A stretch of DNA of 64,000 nucleotides from the human T2T-CHM13v2.0 reference genome, Homo sapiens (GCF_009914755.1 NC_060932.1); one strand, 5' to 3'. Positions 27,942 to 42,606 are shown, counted from the first letter of the stretch. The notes: generated by a model not told the origin, from the sequence alone. Program-made: numbers and translations.

Positions 27942-28405
27942 GGCTATAGTTTGGATATTTGTCCCCTCCAAATCTTATGTGACAGTTTGATCCCCAGTGT
28001 TGGAGGTGGGGCCTAATGGGAGGTGTTTGGGTCGTGGGAGTGGATCCTTCATGAATAGATGAATACGTTCTCTGGAGGTTCAGTGAGGGATTTACGTTCT
28101 CTGGAGGTTCTGGAGGCTCAGTGAGAGAACTAACTCTGTTAGTTCTCTCAGTGCTGATTGTTAGAAAGAGCCTGGCATTTTCGTTCTCTCTCTTGTTTCT
28201 TCTCTCACCATGTGATCTGTGTACATGCTGGGTCCCTTTCACTTTCCCTCATGAGTAGAAGCAGCATGAATCCCTCACCAGAAGTGTGTGCTGGTGCCAT
28301 GCTTCTTGTACAGCCTGCAGAATCCTAAGCCAAATAAACATTTTTTCTTTGTAACTTACCTAATCTCAGGTATTCCTTTGTAGAAATCCTAAACAGACTA
28401 AGAAG
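27942..28405 (+). mobile_element. MSTB-like MaLR solo LTR
   Basis: GCTATAGTTTGGATATTTGTCCCCTCCAAATC start; GCTTCTTGTACAGCCTGCAGAA; CTCAGGTATTCCTTT; GACTAAGA end. Confidence 0.9.
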
Positions 28406-30769
28406 TAAGACAATCCTTTTGCCATTGAATTGCTTTTATAACTGTGTCATAAACCTGTTGACTCTATACGTGTGGGTCTATATGTGGAACTCTCCTTTTC
28501 CATTAACATATTTATCATTCACCAACTTCACACAACTCTGATTACTTTTAGTGAGCCTCGATTTGGAGCACAGAGTCTCTTAACTTCAACCCATCAAAAC
28601 TGTCTGGCTATTCAAATATTCTTGCCAGTTCTAATACTTCTGCCTTTCCATATAATGTCCAGAAAAATGTTATTGATAAAATATTTATTGATGAAAAGCC
28701 TGCTAGTATGTTGATAGAAATTTTACTGAATCTATAGATCAAATTAGAATGAATTGATATTTTAGCAATAGTTGAATATTTCTCTAATCCATAAACATGG
28801 TATATCTCTGTATTAAACTGGGTTTTATTTGATTACTTTTATCAGTGTTTTGCAGTTTTCAGCATGCAGATCCTACCTTGATATTGGTAGGGTTACATCT
28901 AGGAATTTCAAAATTTTAGTGCTATTATAAATGGTACAGTTTTTTAAAAAAAATTAAATTATAGTTATTCACTGCTGGTATATAGAAATATAATTGCTTT
29001 TTATATATTGACATTTATTATATAACCATGCTAAATTAAGTCATGTGAGATTGTAAATTCTTTAGTATTTTCTGTATAGACAATTATGTCACCTGCAAAT
29101 ATTGTTGTTTTAAAATTTTTTCTTTTCAGTATTCTTGTATTTTTAAATAGTCAATTTTTTAAATGATTTTCTGTGTTTATTGAATACTATTCACATTTTC
29201 TCTTTAGTTCATGTGAATTATATAGATTGACTTTTGAATGTTGAACTAGCCATGCATTCTTAAGAAGAACTTCTCTCATTTTCTTGGTCCATTCTCCTTT
29301 TTTCATTTTATTATATCCAATTTTCTAATACGTTTTTGAAGATGTTTGCATATATGTTAATGAGGGATGGTTGTCCGTGTTTTTTGTCTTGTAATGTCTA
29401 TTCCTGGATTTGGTATTTGGCTAATGCCAGCCCTATACAGTATGTGGGGAAGTGTTCTCTCCTTCTATATTTTTGGAAGACAATGTATAGAATTGACTCT
29501 CTTTTCTAAAATATGTGAGAGATTTAATCAGCAAAACCTTCTGGGCCTGGAGCTATCTTTGTTGCACAGTTTTAAGCTATGGATTACATCTCTTTAATAT
29601 ATTTAGTACTATTAAGATTATTAATTTTTTCCTGAGTTAGTATTGATAGTTTAAAGAAGTACTCTATCTGAAGTGTAAAAATTATTAGAAGAAAGTTGTT
29701 TGTTTCATTCCCTTATTATCCAGTTAATATTTGTGGTGTCTATAATGATGTTCCATTTTTTATGATGATTCTGGTAATGTGTATCTTTCCTCTTTTTTAC
29801 TTGTCAATCAGGCTAGATGTTTAACAATTTTATTGACCTTTTATTGGAACCAGTTTTGGGTTTAGTAATGCAGCCTATTGTTATTCTGTTTTCAATTTCA
29901 TTGGTTTCTGCCCTTATCTTTATCATTCCCTTCCTCTTATTTTATTTAAGATTAATTTGCTCTTATTTTTCTAGTTTTTAAAATATATCATTTGATTACA
30001 ATTTGAGATTTTTCTTTTATCCCCAAATTTTACTTTATGCTATAAATGTACATTTACATTTTGCTTTAGCTGTGTCCTTCATATTTTGATATGCTATATT
30101 TTTATTTTTACATGAATCAAAATAATTTCTAATTTTCCATGAGACCCTCTGAGTTATAGGTATAAATACATGTCTTTTACTTTTAAAATATTTGGAATTT
30201 CCAAAATACCTTTCTGATATTGATTTCTAGTGTAATTCTGTAGTGGTGAACTGAAGGACATAGTTTGTATGAATTATTTTAATTTGTTAATTCAGGCTTT
30301 ACAGCTCAGAATAGGATATATCTTGACTGTATATTGTTCACTTTTAGAAAAAATATGTATTCCTTTTTTTTGGTTATAGTGTTCTATATATGTCAATTAG
30401 GTTGATAATGTTCAGATCTTCTATACCTTTGCTGATTTTCTACTTGTTTCACCAATTACTGAGAGAAGAATGTTGAAGCATCCAATTATATGTGGATTTT
30501 CCTATTCCTCTTTTTAGTTCTAGGAGTGTTCTTCCTATACTTTGAAGCTCTGTTTTCAGATGCACACACTTTACAATTATGAGAATGAACTATTTTATCA
30601 TTATACAATGTCCCTCTTTATTCCTGTTACTACCACTTGTTCTAAAGTCTACCGTATCTCATGTTAATATAACGACTCCAGCTTATTTTTACTAGTGTTT
30701 GCATATGTATGAATGTGTGTGTTTATATCCATGTATATGCATATATATTCTATTATTTTACTGTTATAT

Positions 30770-30922
30770 ATAGCTTTGGCATAATTTGGTTTAATTTCTT
30801 CATGAGTAACAAAAACACTAATGTCATAAGGTTTTGGTGATACTCAAATAAGATAATCTACATAAAGTTATTAGTTCAGTGCTTGGCATATAGAAAGTAT
30901 TTATTTAATATTGCTAATATTA
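30770..30922 (+). mobile_element. MIR core/3' part
   Basis: TCATAAGGTTTTGGTGA...AGATAAT..ACATAAAG...CAGTGCTTGGCATATAG. Confidence 0.65.
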
Positions 30923-33039
30923 CAGTGTTATCCTCCAATATTTGAAAATGTAACCTATGTATCAGTTGACATTAGTTATCTTAAAATTATTTATTGTGAA
31001 ACATCTTGAAGAGCTTATTACTTTAAAGGCATCTTTAGCTTCAGTATCCTAAGTTTTCTGATTATTTTTCTTCTGTCTGTCCTTTATTGTGATCTGATAT
31101 TATTCCAAATCTCAGACCAAATCTTCCTTACTTCCAGCTTAATTTCCCCTTTATTTCTGCCTTCGCCTAATACTTAAAGAACTACATACAAATGGCTTTC
31201 AAGTATTAGAATTTTATATTCTCATTAAGTGTTTGCCTTATTGAAATCTTTCTGAACACCTTATTCTCAGAGATTTTTCACAGAATAAGCTGCTACAAAA
31301 AGTACTCTATTCATCTATAGCAACTTACTCTTTTTCTATCTTGATCTTCTTCATTATGTTATTATATTCCTTATGAATTACAAGTTTATTATGTATTTTG
31401 CAGTTGTTCTCTTAGAACTGTCCACAAATAACATGAACACCCCATATTTCATATATTTCATATGTATATCCTTGCTACTCAAATTGAAAACAAACAAGCA
31501 AACAAATTACTCTCTTAGTCACACAAACTATTAAGAGTCATACTAAGCTTATAGGAAGGACGGTGACTTGGCCATACAGTGTTTTAATCTAATTTTCATA
31601 TGTTTGTTTATTATCAATAATTTGATATCTTAATTTTCAAATTTGTCTTTAGAGGTCAAATGGAGATAGACGTCTACAAAAATTCTGCTAATCGCTTATT
31701 CAGAACTAAACACATTTAGATAAGATTTTAATTTGAGAATTTTCTCTCCCTACTTGCATTTAAACTAATACCAATTAGCTCTTGTGCAGATTGAAAAAAA
31801 AGAGAATTCAAATAATGTATTATTCCTGTGAGTTGAATTGAATAATAAGTTACTTTTAGTCTTTTCCGTAAATCTAATTGATAATATATTTGAAAATTAA
31901 CTAAATGTATCTGCCATAGTGTGTTGGAGTGTTGGTGGGTATTGGGAAGTTGATTCCTCTCAACTTATATATACTCACAAGAGATTCCCATGCTGGTTCC
32001 ATTCATGCCAATTACTTATCTATGAATTAGAGAATTAGTTGGAAAATTAGAGATTGCCTCTCATGCCAAAATTTGAAATGCATTTAATAGTAAATATAAA
32101 TCCTAACATAATGTATATGCTTTTCCAGATAATACTTTCTTAGGGCAATAATTGAGATGTTCATTGGCTATCATTTTGTCTTAACTGTTAGGTTTAACTT
32201 TTCTTATCTTGAGACACTGCAGACAAAAAAACAAAAGAGTAAATATGCATGCCTGTATGGTCTTGTGTTTATCAGCGTTTGTTCTCCAGTGAACTGCAGG
32301 TGCAGAGATGAGTAATTTAATTTGCAGGAGAAGTATGAGGAAGCTTATGTCAAAAGATGCAATTTTCAAGTAATTGCCATGTTACTAACAGTGTGAAAAC
32401 AGTTACAGTAACTATGTGTTTATTCCTTTCCAAAGTTAACATTATATTTGTTTTCTTATTAGCTTTTCTTATTTAGTTCTCTTGAGTCAAAGGGATTCCA
32501 ATTGTGTTATCATGTGAATGGAACATAATACGGCAATTCATTTTCATTAAACTCAACTTAGAGGATGGCTTATGGAGCCTAGCAACAAGGAATAAAGGAA
32601 GAATTAGCCAGAAGCATTTTTGTTTCTGAATTTTCTGAGCCAAGTAGTCATGTCATTTCACTCTGGGGAAAACCAATAATTTATTCAATTTTTCCAATCA
32701 GAATCACTTGGTGCTTAAAAGACAAACTTGGTGCTTAAACTAAACTTGAAAGGCATTATGTAGGAAAAGGAAACATAACTAAGACAATATACATTTTAGA
32801 AGAAATATTATTTTTAGTAATAGGTTAGTCAATGTGCAGCCGTAACTCCCAAAAATGTCTACAAGAAAGGTAAGTTTTTTAGTGCACAAACAATGCAGAT
32901 GGCTTACATTATCATGTTAATATTGTGTTCTTGGCAGACATCCAATACTTTCTTTTTCCTTTAATATTTAGGTTGAAAATTTGCAAAAATAAAAACAAAT
33001 CATTATTTTGATTCTGGAACTCACATCATTTAACTTTTT

Positions 33040-33580
33040 TCTCTTTAAATATGCTTACTTCCTAATTAGTCTTCTGGCTCTTAACCTTAATATTGTAGTT
33101 TATTATAAAAAAAAGAAGCTCCCAGAGTAATCTTTAAAAATGAAATTTGATCATATGACTCCTCAGCTCAAAGACACTTAAAAGGCTTCCCATCACCTGA
33201 GGAATAAAACTCCAAACTTGACCAAGCCAGAACACCCAGACCTGATCCTTGTTTACCTCTCTGATATCTGATCAAATTATTTTCCACTTGGCTCACATCA
33301 CTTAATTACCTTTCTTTTTGTTATTCATACATGCATGCCACAGAATTATGTCTTTCTGATTGCTTTCCCTCTTAGAAATTTCTTCTCTTATGTCTTGGAA
33401 TAATTATTTCCTACCAAATGTGACCCAGTATATAAATCAACTCAGGAAACACCTTCTTCCACTCAGGTACTATGTATCATGTTACTGCTTTATTTTTTAA
33501 CAGTACTTATCACAGTACCAGCAGATGTTATTTTACTTATTTATTTTCTTCTTCCCTTCATTGCAATGTAAGCTGTAGAG
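33040..33580 (+). mobile_element. L2 fragment
   Basis: CCAGAGTAATCTTTAAAAATGAAATTTGATCAT, GGCTTCCCATCAC..GAATAAAACTCCAAAC, AATGTAAGCT. Confidence 0.7.
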
Positions 33581-35351
33581 AATTAATGAACCAGGAAGAG
33601 AAAATATTACATAAACCTGAGTCAGAGCACCTGTTGGTTCAGTACTTATGGAAGATAATGGGCCCAAAAAGCAAGTGAGCTCAGCCCTAGAATAATTACA
33701 TACTTAATTAATGCCTTCACCAATACGTATGAAGAAGTCACATAAATACAGATAATTGAGAAAAAAAGAGTAATTCACCTGGTTAGAAAATATACAAAGA
33801 CTTTGAAAGTTATTGGAAGTAAGATGACCAACATTAATGTTTCTATAGATTGAATATCTACTCTTTGTGAGATGTTCAAAGCCTCATAGTCATCAGAGTG
33901 TACTCACATTTTGTGAATGATATATGTCAGGTCAAATTATGAAAACATACTTGAGGGAAATGTGGCCTGGATATATTGACTGATTTCAGGTTATAGAGAA
34001 ATACATTAAAGTAATGGGCCTGTGATCACTTCTCTCTAGATTATGAGAGTGGGAAATGTCCACAGAGAAGGAATGGTAGATTATGGTCTAAACTTCTAGT
34101 AAATACACTGATAACTGACCTCCTGGTAGGTAGATTAACAATATTTTCTAGAAGGTAGGTTCTTATTTATGGAATATTCTCAGCACAAAGTTAGTAGTTT
34201 AAAATATTTTATGGTTCACAAACGTAAGTTCCATAGATTTATGGGGCATGTCTCCCAGGACCCCAGGAATGTCTAGAAATCTGAGTGACAATCTGAGATA
34301 TAAAATAGAGACATTTAATAACCTAAATGCTCCCCACTTTGTGAGATGATTCCAAAACTTCCCTTAGAGAATCCATCTGTTACTCTGGGTCACTGCAGGT
34401 GAGTGATGAGTAAAGGAAGGATCCACATAGGATGTCCCGGATTTCCCTTTCTCTGCCTGGCTTCCTTGGTTACTTGTGTCCTCAAATTTATTAGTAAAAT
34501 TTGACACAAGGTGGGATCTCTGTGAGTTTGATTTGATCATGTCACCAGCTGTGCTAGTTTAACCTTCTACACAGATCATTCTTATTGTAGTACTCTTGTC
34601 TAGGTAGAGCCTTGACAAAAAGGATCTCTGTATGTTCATGTAACCATGTTTAGTACCAGTTGATAACATTTCAACTGAATGTTACCTTTCATACTCTGTA
34701 CATGCAGTCAGAGTAAATTAACATGCAGTTACAAATGAAAACATTAATACATATTAAATTTTATGTACATCGTTGGGGTTTTAAATGAATTGTGTTGTTA
34801 CAAAATTATTTGAAGTAGGGATTATTAGTTCCATTATAAAGGTGAATTAAGTGAAGTTCAGTTAACTTACTGGAGCCAAATAAAAAAGGCTAGAAGTGTA
34901 AATCAGTCACACTTTATTTTAAAATCTATTCTCAAAAGGCAATTTTACATGGATGATTCATTCCCTGAGTAAATAAAGGCAAAGTAATTTTATTCATAAA
35001 GTTAAGGTTCATAGATGTTACAGCTTTATCAATTGGCAAATTTTATGTAATTATATTTTATGGTCTGTGTAGCTAAAACATGGTGGAATAAATCAAATCA
35101 GTTCAATCCACTCTATCTCTTATTGTTATAAAATCACATATAAATAGTGAAAGAATTTTAGAAGTGTTAGTAAAAGACCCTTAATATATCAATAAGCAAA
35201 ACTTTAAATATCTTCAGTTTGGTGTTGGATACATATGACCATTTTCTCACTCAGGTCCATGTCCTGGTAATAGAAGATGAGGAAGAATATTTATGTGTGA
35301 CAGAAAGCTTGAAGTTTGGCTAAATTTAAAAAAAATAATAATAGTTAAGAC

Positions 35352-35645
35352 CTTTAAACTTTTATTTTAGGTTTTGGGGTACATGTGAATGTTACATAGA
35401 TCAACTCATGCCATGGTGGTTTGCTGTACAGATTATTTCATCGCTCAGTTATTAAGCCTAGTACCCAATATTTACTTTTTGTGCTCCTCTCCCTCTTCTT
35501 TCCCTTTGACCTCAAGTGTGCCCCAGTGTCTGTTTTTCCCTTCTATGTGTTCATGAGGTCTCATCATTCAGCTCCTACTTCTAAGTGAGAACATGCAGTA
35601 TTTGGTTTTCTGTTCCTGCATTAGTTTGCTAAGGAAAATAGCCTC
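35352..35645 (-). mobile_element. Short L1PA13-15-like 3'UTR fragment
   Basis: AACTTTTATTTTAGGTT..GGGGTACATGTG, TGTACAGATTATTTCATC, AAGTGAGAACATGCAGTATTTGGTTTTCTGTTCCTGC. Confidence 0.9.
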
Positions 35646-36992
35646 AATATGTGTACTTTAAAGAGCTAAATGAACAAATCTCAACTATTTTATGTAATAG
35701 TTACAAAATTCTCATAGCCCTTCACAAATATCCAGAATTATTAGAATAGAAAAATAATTTATATAAATTCAAAGATACTGAAAATTTTGTTTGAATTAGA
35801 ATGAACTGTTTCTCCATCTCAGCTCATATAAATTTTGATTAACATACACTGTTCTGTTCTAGGTGAATAAAAACTAAAATATTTGCATCGACACTAAATG
35901 GAGCAAATAGCAGAAAACTCTTTTTAAAAGATTAAAAAATAATGTTTTGCTTCTTGCTGGACTTATTGGCAACAAGAATAATAACATGGAAAAATTATTT
36001 ATCTTCATAGGGAAAGTCTCAGGCAGAAGTGCTCTGTTCTAAAAAATATTTGAAGATGTTTTCCAAGTAATGTATTTTTCTCAAATTATACAGCCAAAGT
36101 CTTAATTCTTTATTTTCTCTTCATAGATATAGACCTTTGGCGTGTTCTTCTTCCCCTGGGGATTCTCATACTTCTATGTACTCCTTTGTACTTAATTCTG
36201 TTAATACTGGAGCTTATGACACAGTGCTTATCTATGCAGAACCATGAGTAACATGAATATGGCCTAGAGAAAGGGTAAAATTGAGTTAAGACTTCATGAA
36301 AGCCACATTAATGTTACATGAAATAAATATTGGCTGACTTGGCTCCTTATTGACTTAAGTTTTTGATAGTAAATTCTCTGTCTGCAAAAATGTGCTACAA
36401 AAATGTGTGTGTATTTCAGAACATAATATAGTTTAGAAAAATGAAAGCTGAACTGGAACCTAATTTCATTTTTTTTACTACTTTAAATTTGTTTTAATTA
36501 GGTAAATTGAAATTGTGAAACTCAAAGAAAAATGTGTAATGCTAACCTAAGACAAAACGTACTGTCTGTAAGAAATGAAATAATTTTACTACTAAACCTG
36601 CAATTATTTTTTTAAATACTAAATTATTGCTATTTTTTAGGAAGGAAAAGAAAAATGTTCTGTGTTCTTACAGTCACAAATATTTTTCTTTTCTGTATGA
36701 AGAATACTGAGTACAGTAGGTATCCCTTATGTTTTAAGTTTTATAAAATGAGTATTACTCAGAACTTTAAATCACAGCATAATGGTAATTTTGTCATTAA
36801 AATATTTACCTCTAAGAGAAACTTGAATTAAAATGTTACTTAGGCTTTCAATTTCGCTTATAATCAAGGGTAGTTTAAATTATCACTTTATCAAAGTTCT
36901 CTTATATTATTTAGATAAATTTATATACCATAAATATATTGTAAATCCTATGCATTTGTGATCATTTGTCTAAACAACTATAATGTAAATAA

Positions 36993-37304
<312 letters not shown>

Positions 37305-37601
37305 AAGTGTGCATTTTTATTTCGGGAAACTATTGATTGCTAAATGCAGGCCACATATCTCAGAACAGAAGTAGATACTTAGAATTGTGATTTCAAGTTG
37401 CCTAGAACACTTTTCATAAATTATAAGCCTTCTGTTTCCTTGTTTGTCTTTTGGTATACAAAATTTGCCTAAAGCAAGGGTTGAGTTCCAGAACTCTTAG
37501 AATTTCTGATTCTTTGTATTTTCCAGTTGCTGAATTTTATCAGCTATTTTTCTGGCAGTATAGAAGAATTTGAGCAATCGTAGCTGAATCTTTAGTGTTT
37601 G

Positions 37602-37637
37602 TTTTTATTGAAGAAAAACGTTTTTCTTCAATGAAAA
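37602..37637. repeat. Palindrome: perfect 26 bp, 36 bp with one mismatch
   Basis: ATTGAAGAAAAAC|GTTTTTCTTCAAT at 37607-37632. Confidence 0.95.
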
Positions 37638-37861
37638 TCAAATAACTACTCATACTGACTAGAGAACTAATACCTATTTCTTAAAACTAATCCAATGCCA
37701 TAAAACTTTATATTTCATTTAATAAGCATATATTGTGTTATTATGAATGTAACATTTATAGACATTGTGGGAAAGTTAAAGACTTATAAGGAAAATGTAC
37801 TCATGTTCGAAGAATGTAGAAACTAGTTAAGCAGAAATAGGTAAATATGAATCTTTTTAAA

Positions 37862-37910
37862 TTTTTGTTTGTTTTGTTTTAAAGATGAGGTCTTGCTATG
37901 TTGTCTAGAT
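37862..37910 (-). mobile_element. Short Alu/FLAM 3' fragment
   Basis: T-rich tail then AGATGAGGTCTTGCTATGTTG. Confidence 0.6.
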
Positions 37911-37914
37911 GAGA

Positions 37915-38932
37915 TTGATAAGGGGTCAATACCCAAAGTATATAAGAAACTCAACTCAATAGTAAGAATACAAATATACCTATTAAAACATTGGCAAATG
38001 ATCTGAAAAGACACTGGCCAAACTAAGACACCCAAATGGCCAACAGGTACATGAAAATATGCTTAGCATCATAATCATTAAGGAAATGCAAATTAAAACC
38101 ACAATGAGATATCACCTCACACCCATTATAATGGCTTTTTATCAAAAAGACGAAACATTACAAGTGTTGGAGATATTGTGGAGAAAAGGCAACTCTCATA
38201 CATTGTAGTGGGAATGTAAATTTGTATAAAACCGTTATAAAAATAGTATGGACATTCCTCGAAAATTTGAAAATAGAACCATTATCTGATCCAGCAATCT
38301 CGCTACTGAGTTTATGCCTGAAGAAATGAAATCAGCATGTCAAAGAGTGTCTGCACTCTCATTTTCATTACAGTATTTTTCATAACAGCCAAGACAAGAT
38401 AGTAAATCAGCTGAGTGTCTGTCAACGAATGAATGGAAAAGAAAATGTGTTTATATACACAATGGAAGACCACTGAGGCTTGAAAAGGAGGAGATCCTGT
38501 CATTTGGAACAATATGGATGAATTCACATTATGCTAAGTGAAATAACCTAGGCACTGAAAAGACGAATACTGCATGATCTCACTTATATGTAGGAATAAA
38601 AAAGAAGTTGATCTCACAGAAGTAGAGCGTATAATGATAGTTACCCAAGGCAGGGGGTTAGGAGCTGGGGAAGGAATGTACAGTTGCTGATGAAAGGAAG
38701 TAAAGTTTCAGATACACAGGAAGAATAGGTTTTCAGATCTATATATAATAATGTACATTTCAAAATAAGAGAGTAAATTTCACATGTCTCACCATAAATA
38801 AATAGGATTTGAGATAAAGAATATGCTAATTAGCTTGATTTAGTCATGCCACATTGTGTAAATACATCAAAATATCACATTGTACCCCACAAATTATATA
38901 CTTGTTAATAAATTAATAATAAGAAGAAAAAA
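37915..38932 (+). mobile_element. L1MA (6-9-like) 3' portion
   Basis: GGAAATGCAAATTAAAACCACAATGAGATATCACCTCACACC; 3'UTR TAATTAGCTTGATTTAGTCAT..CCACATTGT; A-rich tail. Confidence 0.9.
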
Positions 38933-40527
38933 TTAGGAAGGGAGAGATTTGTACTTTTATATTTCAGGCTTTAACATGGGAAGTAGATTTCATTTAGAAA
39001 ATTAAACAATAGTAACTGAATAATTGAATTGAGTTGATGACATTTACACCTCTAGTTTTTTACATAGCTGGCATTTTACCTGGAGTTACTAGATTGTAGT
39101 TGACTCACTGTATATCCCAGTTTGGACACTGTATATTCCATGTTGGACAATATAAGTTGGCATAATTTAAGATAGACAATGAAGTCAAGCATAAAACTTG
39201 GGGGAATAGGATCATTTTTGTTAATTTATTTATTATTTCTCATGAACCAGTCTTACGTACTTCTGGAAGTGATAGTAGAATACCAATAAGTATTAGGTCC
39301 TTTTCAATTATCTACATTAAAGTTTTCTTAAAAATAGATGAATTTGTCTAAAAATTATTTTCTTGTTTCCAACAGGAACAAATTCAAACGCAATCTCATG
39401 GTAGAGCCTACAGACCAAGTATATTAAAAGCCTTTTTAAACAAAACTTAATCATAAGATACTTTTTCACATAAGTTTCTTTATGAATTTATATGCTCAAT
39501 ACCCTGAAACCATTTTTTTATAATTGTGTTTGGGAAGAGATACTATAAATATTTCATTTATAACCCTTTATACTATACACATAGAATGAATACTTTGTTA
39601 TAAAATCATGAGAAACATAAAAAGACATAATGCAGAAAATTAAAAGCCCATATGTGTTTTGTATATTCAATTAAAAATTATAGTAGTTTTACTTATTTTA
39701 ACAAAGATATGTTATATAGCATATCATGCTTTGTTCTTTGAATGTTATTTTGTAACCATAATTTATTTGTATTAATGGTATTTGAATACATGATTTAATA
39801 GCCACATAAAGGTTTACAATATATTTGCACAATATTATAATTTATTTTACCATTCTTCTGGTGTGTGATACTTTGCTAGTTTTCAACTTTTTAAAATAAT
39901 AAATAATGTCTTAGAAAAACCGCTTTGTACATTAATCATTGGCTATTTGTTTTATAATTTCTTTCATTTATCACCTTTTCATTAATATACACATATAATC
40001 TCATGATTCTAAATTTCAAACTTTCTTGTTTTCATTGCTTAATGAAACAGTCTAGTTTGTCAAATAGTAAATGAATATCTGTCTCTCTCTCTAGCTATCT
40101 TTCCCCAGTATAGTTATCTCTTTAATTCTTGTCAAAACAAACTTGGGCAATGAAATGCAAGTGGACCAAGTGGTCATGGCTTTTTAATATTTATGATATA
40201 TTAGAACATAGAGTTGAATTTATTCAGTTTTAAAGTTTTATTTTTTAATCAGAATGTTTAATTAATTTTCACACAAGATAAGGAATAATATGGTTGGAAG
40301 TCTCCCATCTTGGCATTTGTTTTCTATCTGTACCATCAGTTTGTTTTTGCTGTGGTTATTGTATAATGGTCTGTCTTCCCTGTCTTTTCCTGGTGAATTA
40401 ATGTTTTTCACATTATTTTCAACTATTTTATTTAATGTGAAATAGAACCTTTTGTACTCTTGTTAATTTCTTTGGAATTTTCAATATGACTATGAATTAT
40501 CCATTATTCCTTTACACTATATTACTT

Positions 40528-40590
40528 CACACATACACACACATGCACACATACATACACACACTGACACACCCCCACACCACCACCACA
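40528..40590. repeat. Imperfect (CA)n
   Basis: Direct observation. Confidence 0.8.
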
Positions 40591-40889
40591 ATATATACTT
40601 TATGACAGCCTCCATGTCAGCTTTCATCAGTTTATTTGTATGTTAATTGTCAGCCATCCCTTGTGATCACTGCACTAAATTTTACATCTATGAATTATAA
40701 ATTTACCCTCATGCTAACTGAAATATAATTTTGCTCTTTCTTTTTCATCATAACGTATATTTAGCAACATCTAAAGTGTTAATATTTCTGTGCTGAAGAT
40801 GGCAAAATTCTTGAATAGACAGAGGAAAGAAAGTTGCCAAAAGAATTAAGCCATGATTTTACATTCATGTAATACAGCTTGATGTACTT

Positions 40890-41112
40890 TGGTTCATCTT
40901 ACCATCTCTGAAGGAAACTTCGTGGTCAGAGAGATCTGTAAATATGATTCCTAGGGCTTCTGTCATTGGTCTACCCTCACTACAGAGAGAGGTAGAGTTG
41001 GTCCTGCCTGAATCCCATGAAATTATTTTCCATTGAGAGAGCAGCCTTCTGTTTACAGAAGAAGGTGAGGAACAAGTGATGGGCAGATGAATCTCACAGA
41101 TAAGTTCCATAC
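40890..41112 (-). mobile_element. Old MLT1 (J/K/L-like) LTR fragment
   Basis: CTGTTTACAGAAGAAGG...GATGGGCAGA...ACAGATAAGTTCCATAC resembles the MLT1K terminus. Confidence 0.5.
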
Positions 41113-41639
41113 TTGGTGAATGTAAAATCAGAAAAAAGTGGTAACAGCCATATCCATCTTCTTGGAGTATTCTAATCAAAACATGCTTTTGCACATTTAC
41201 TCTTCTCTCAAATTTGCTCTTGCTGGTCTAAAATCCCTTTCTCCAAATTTGTGGATTAATCAGGTCTATTTTCTTATTTTCAATAAAACACTGATTCTAA
41301 TTTTCACCTGGATGAATTTCTTCACCCTGAAATCTAGTGTTATCCAAAATCAGGGACATCAGATAACTATATATGTTATGTGAGATAAAAATTAGGTTGT
41401 GCCTTTATATCTATTTGTATTAGAAATATATCATGCATCTCTAATTGGTCATCATGATTATTCTCTTTCCAGGCATTTAACTTGATTTGAAGTTTCATTT
41501 TAAAAATGTGTAAACAGTAGAGATACACTCAAATATAGCAAATATTATAGTGTAATAACTCACTAATGATGGATATTATGAATTACTCCCTGGTCTAATA
41601 AATGTAATATTCCTCTGTGCTTCCAAATCATTTATTACT

Positions 41640-41790
41640 CTAATATAATTTCTCTCCAATGAATTGTAGGTTCCTTAAAACTGATACAGTATTTAATTAA
41701 GTTTATTCACAATTCCTGCTACATCATAGGCTTTCAATAGTGTTTGTTGAATAAATAAATGAATAATGAATGCACTAATGAATGAATTAT
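41640..41790 (+). mobile_element. L2 3' end
   Basis: ATTGTAGGTTCCTT...CATAGGCTTTCAATAGTGTTTGTTGAATAAATAAATGAAT. Confidence 0.65.
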
Positions 41791-42606
41791 ATCTACGATC
41801 AAGTCAATTCAGTGCAATTGACACACTATATGTCCCCACACATTATATTATTTAAGATTAACTTTCTCAATTTTTTTCTGTAATCACTGTAAATTCAGCC
41901 ATGGTTTTGATTGCCAGAGAGTTTTAAATATTGGGTAGTAGAGCATGAAAATGCCTAAATAACTGCCTTTGAATCTGGAAGAATAGTGTGTTTTTGAGCA
42001 GAAATGATAAAAGATGTCAAATGAATGTCTAGGACTAATATTTATTAGATATTCTGGGTGTTTTATTCACTACCTCTGTGCTTGAATAAATCTTTAGTTT
42101 TGGCAATGAAGTCAGTAATTTTGTTTTTTAACTAAGTAAAATTATGGAACTGTCATTTTATGTGGTACATTTTGTTTAACTGACCCTACTGCTGTCAAGT
42201 TACTTTAACACACCAAAGGTTTTGCTTCTCAAAATTAAGCTTCACACATAGTTCCTCTCTCTATTTATAGAAAATTGATATTTATTAAGTATGAATAATA
42301 AGATTTGACAAGTTCCCAAACTTTCACAGGTCTATACATGTTTATTAAGATGTTGTCTACTTTTGAACAAACATTTTTTCCTCAACACCATGCTTCAATA
42401 TAAAAAAGCTATTTCTTACTAAGGTAACCACCATCTACTCTTTTATACACTATATACACTTTATTAGATTTTATGCCATAAAATTACAGTCCTTTTTTTG
42501 ACCCAAACACAGATACACAAAGCGATATATACTCTCACCTGGTTACCTCTTCGTCACTCCTCTTCCTATACCTGAAGATTTGACATAAATATAAAGTGCA
42601 GATTTA

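Larger units (their letters stand above)
27206..30770 (-). mobile_element. Continuation of the old L1M element (ORF2 region), split by AluY and MSTB
   Basis: TGTGAGGTCTAGGTCAAGGTT, CACCATTTGTT, CCATAAACATGGTATATCTCT, CAATTACTGAGAGAAGAATGTTGAAG. Confidence 0.8.

Noticed and set aside
32706-32739. ACTTGGTGCTTAAA duplicated at 20-bp period (similar case GACTTATTAGACAT at 16131-16169)
   Set aside because: Ordinary short slippage duplications
32860-34410. Consensus donor motifs AAG|GTAAGT (~32870) and CAG|GTGAGT (~34399)
   Set aside because: Isolated motifs without supporting exon structure
39350-39425. Strong splice-acceptor-like TTTTCTTGTTTCCAACAG|G
   Set aside because: No convincing paired donor or reading frame; such motifs are common in T-rich DNA
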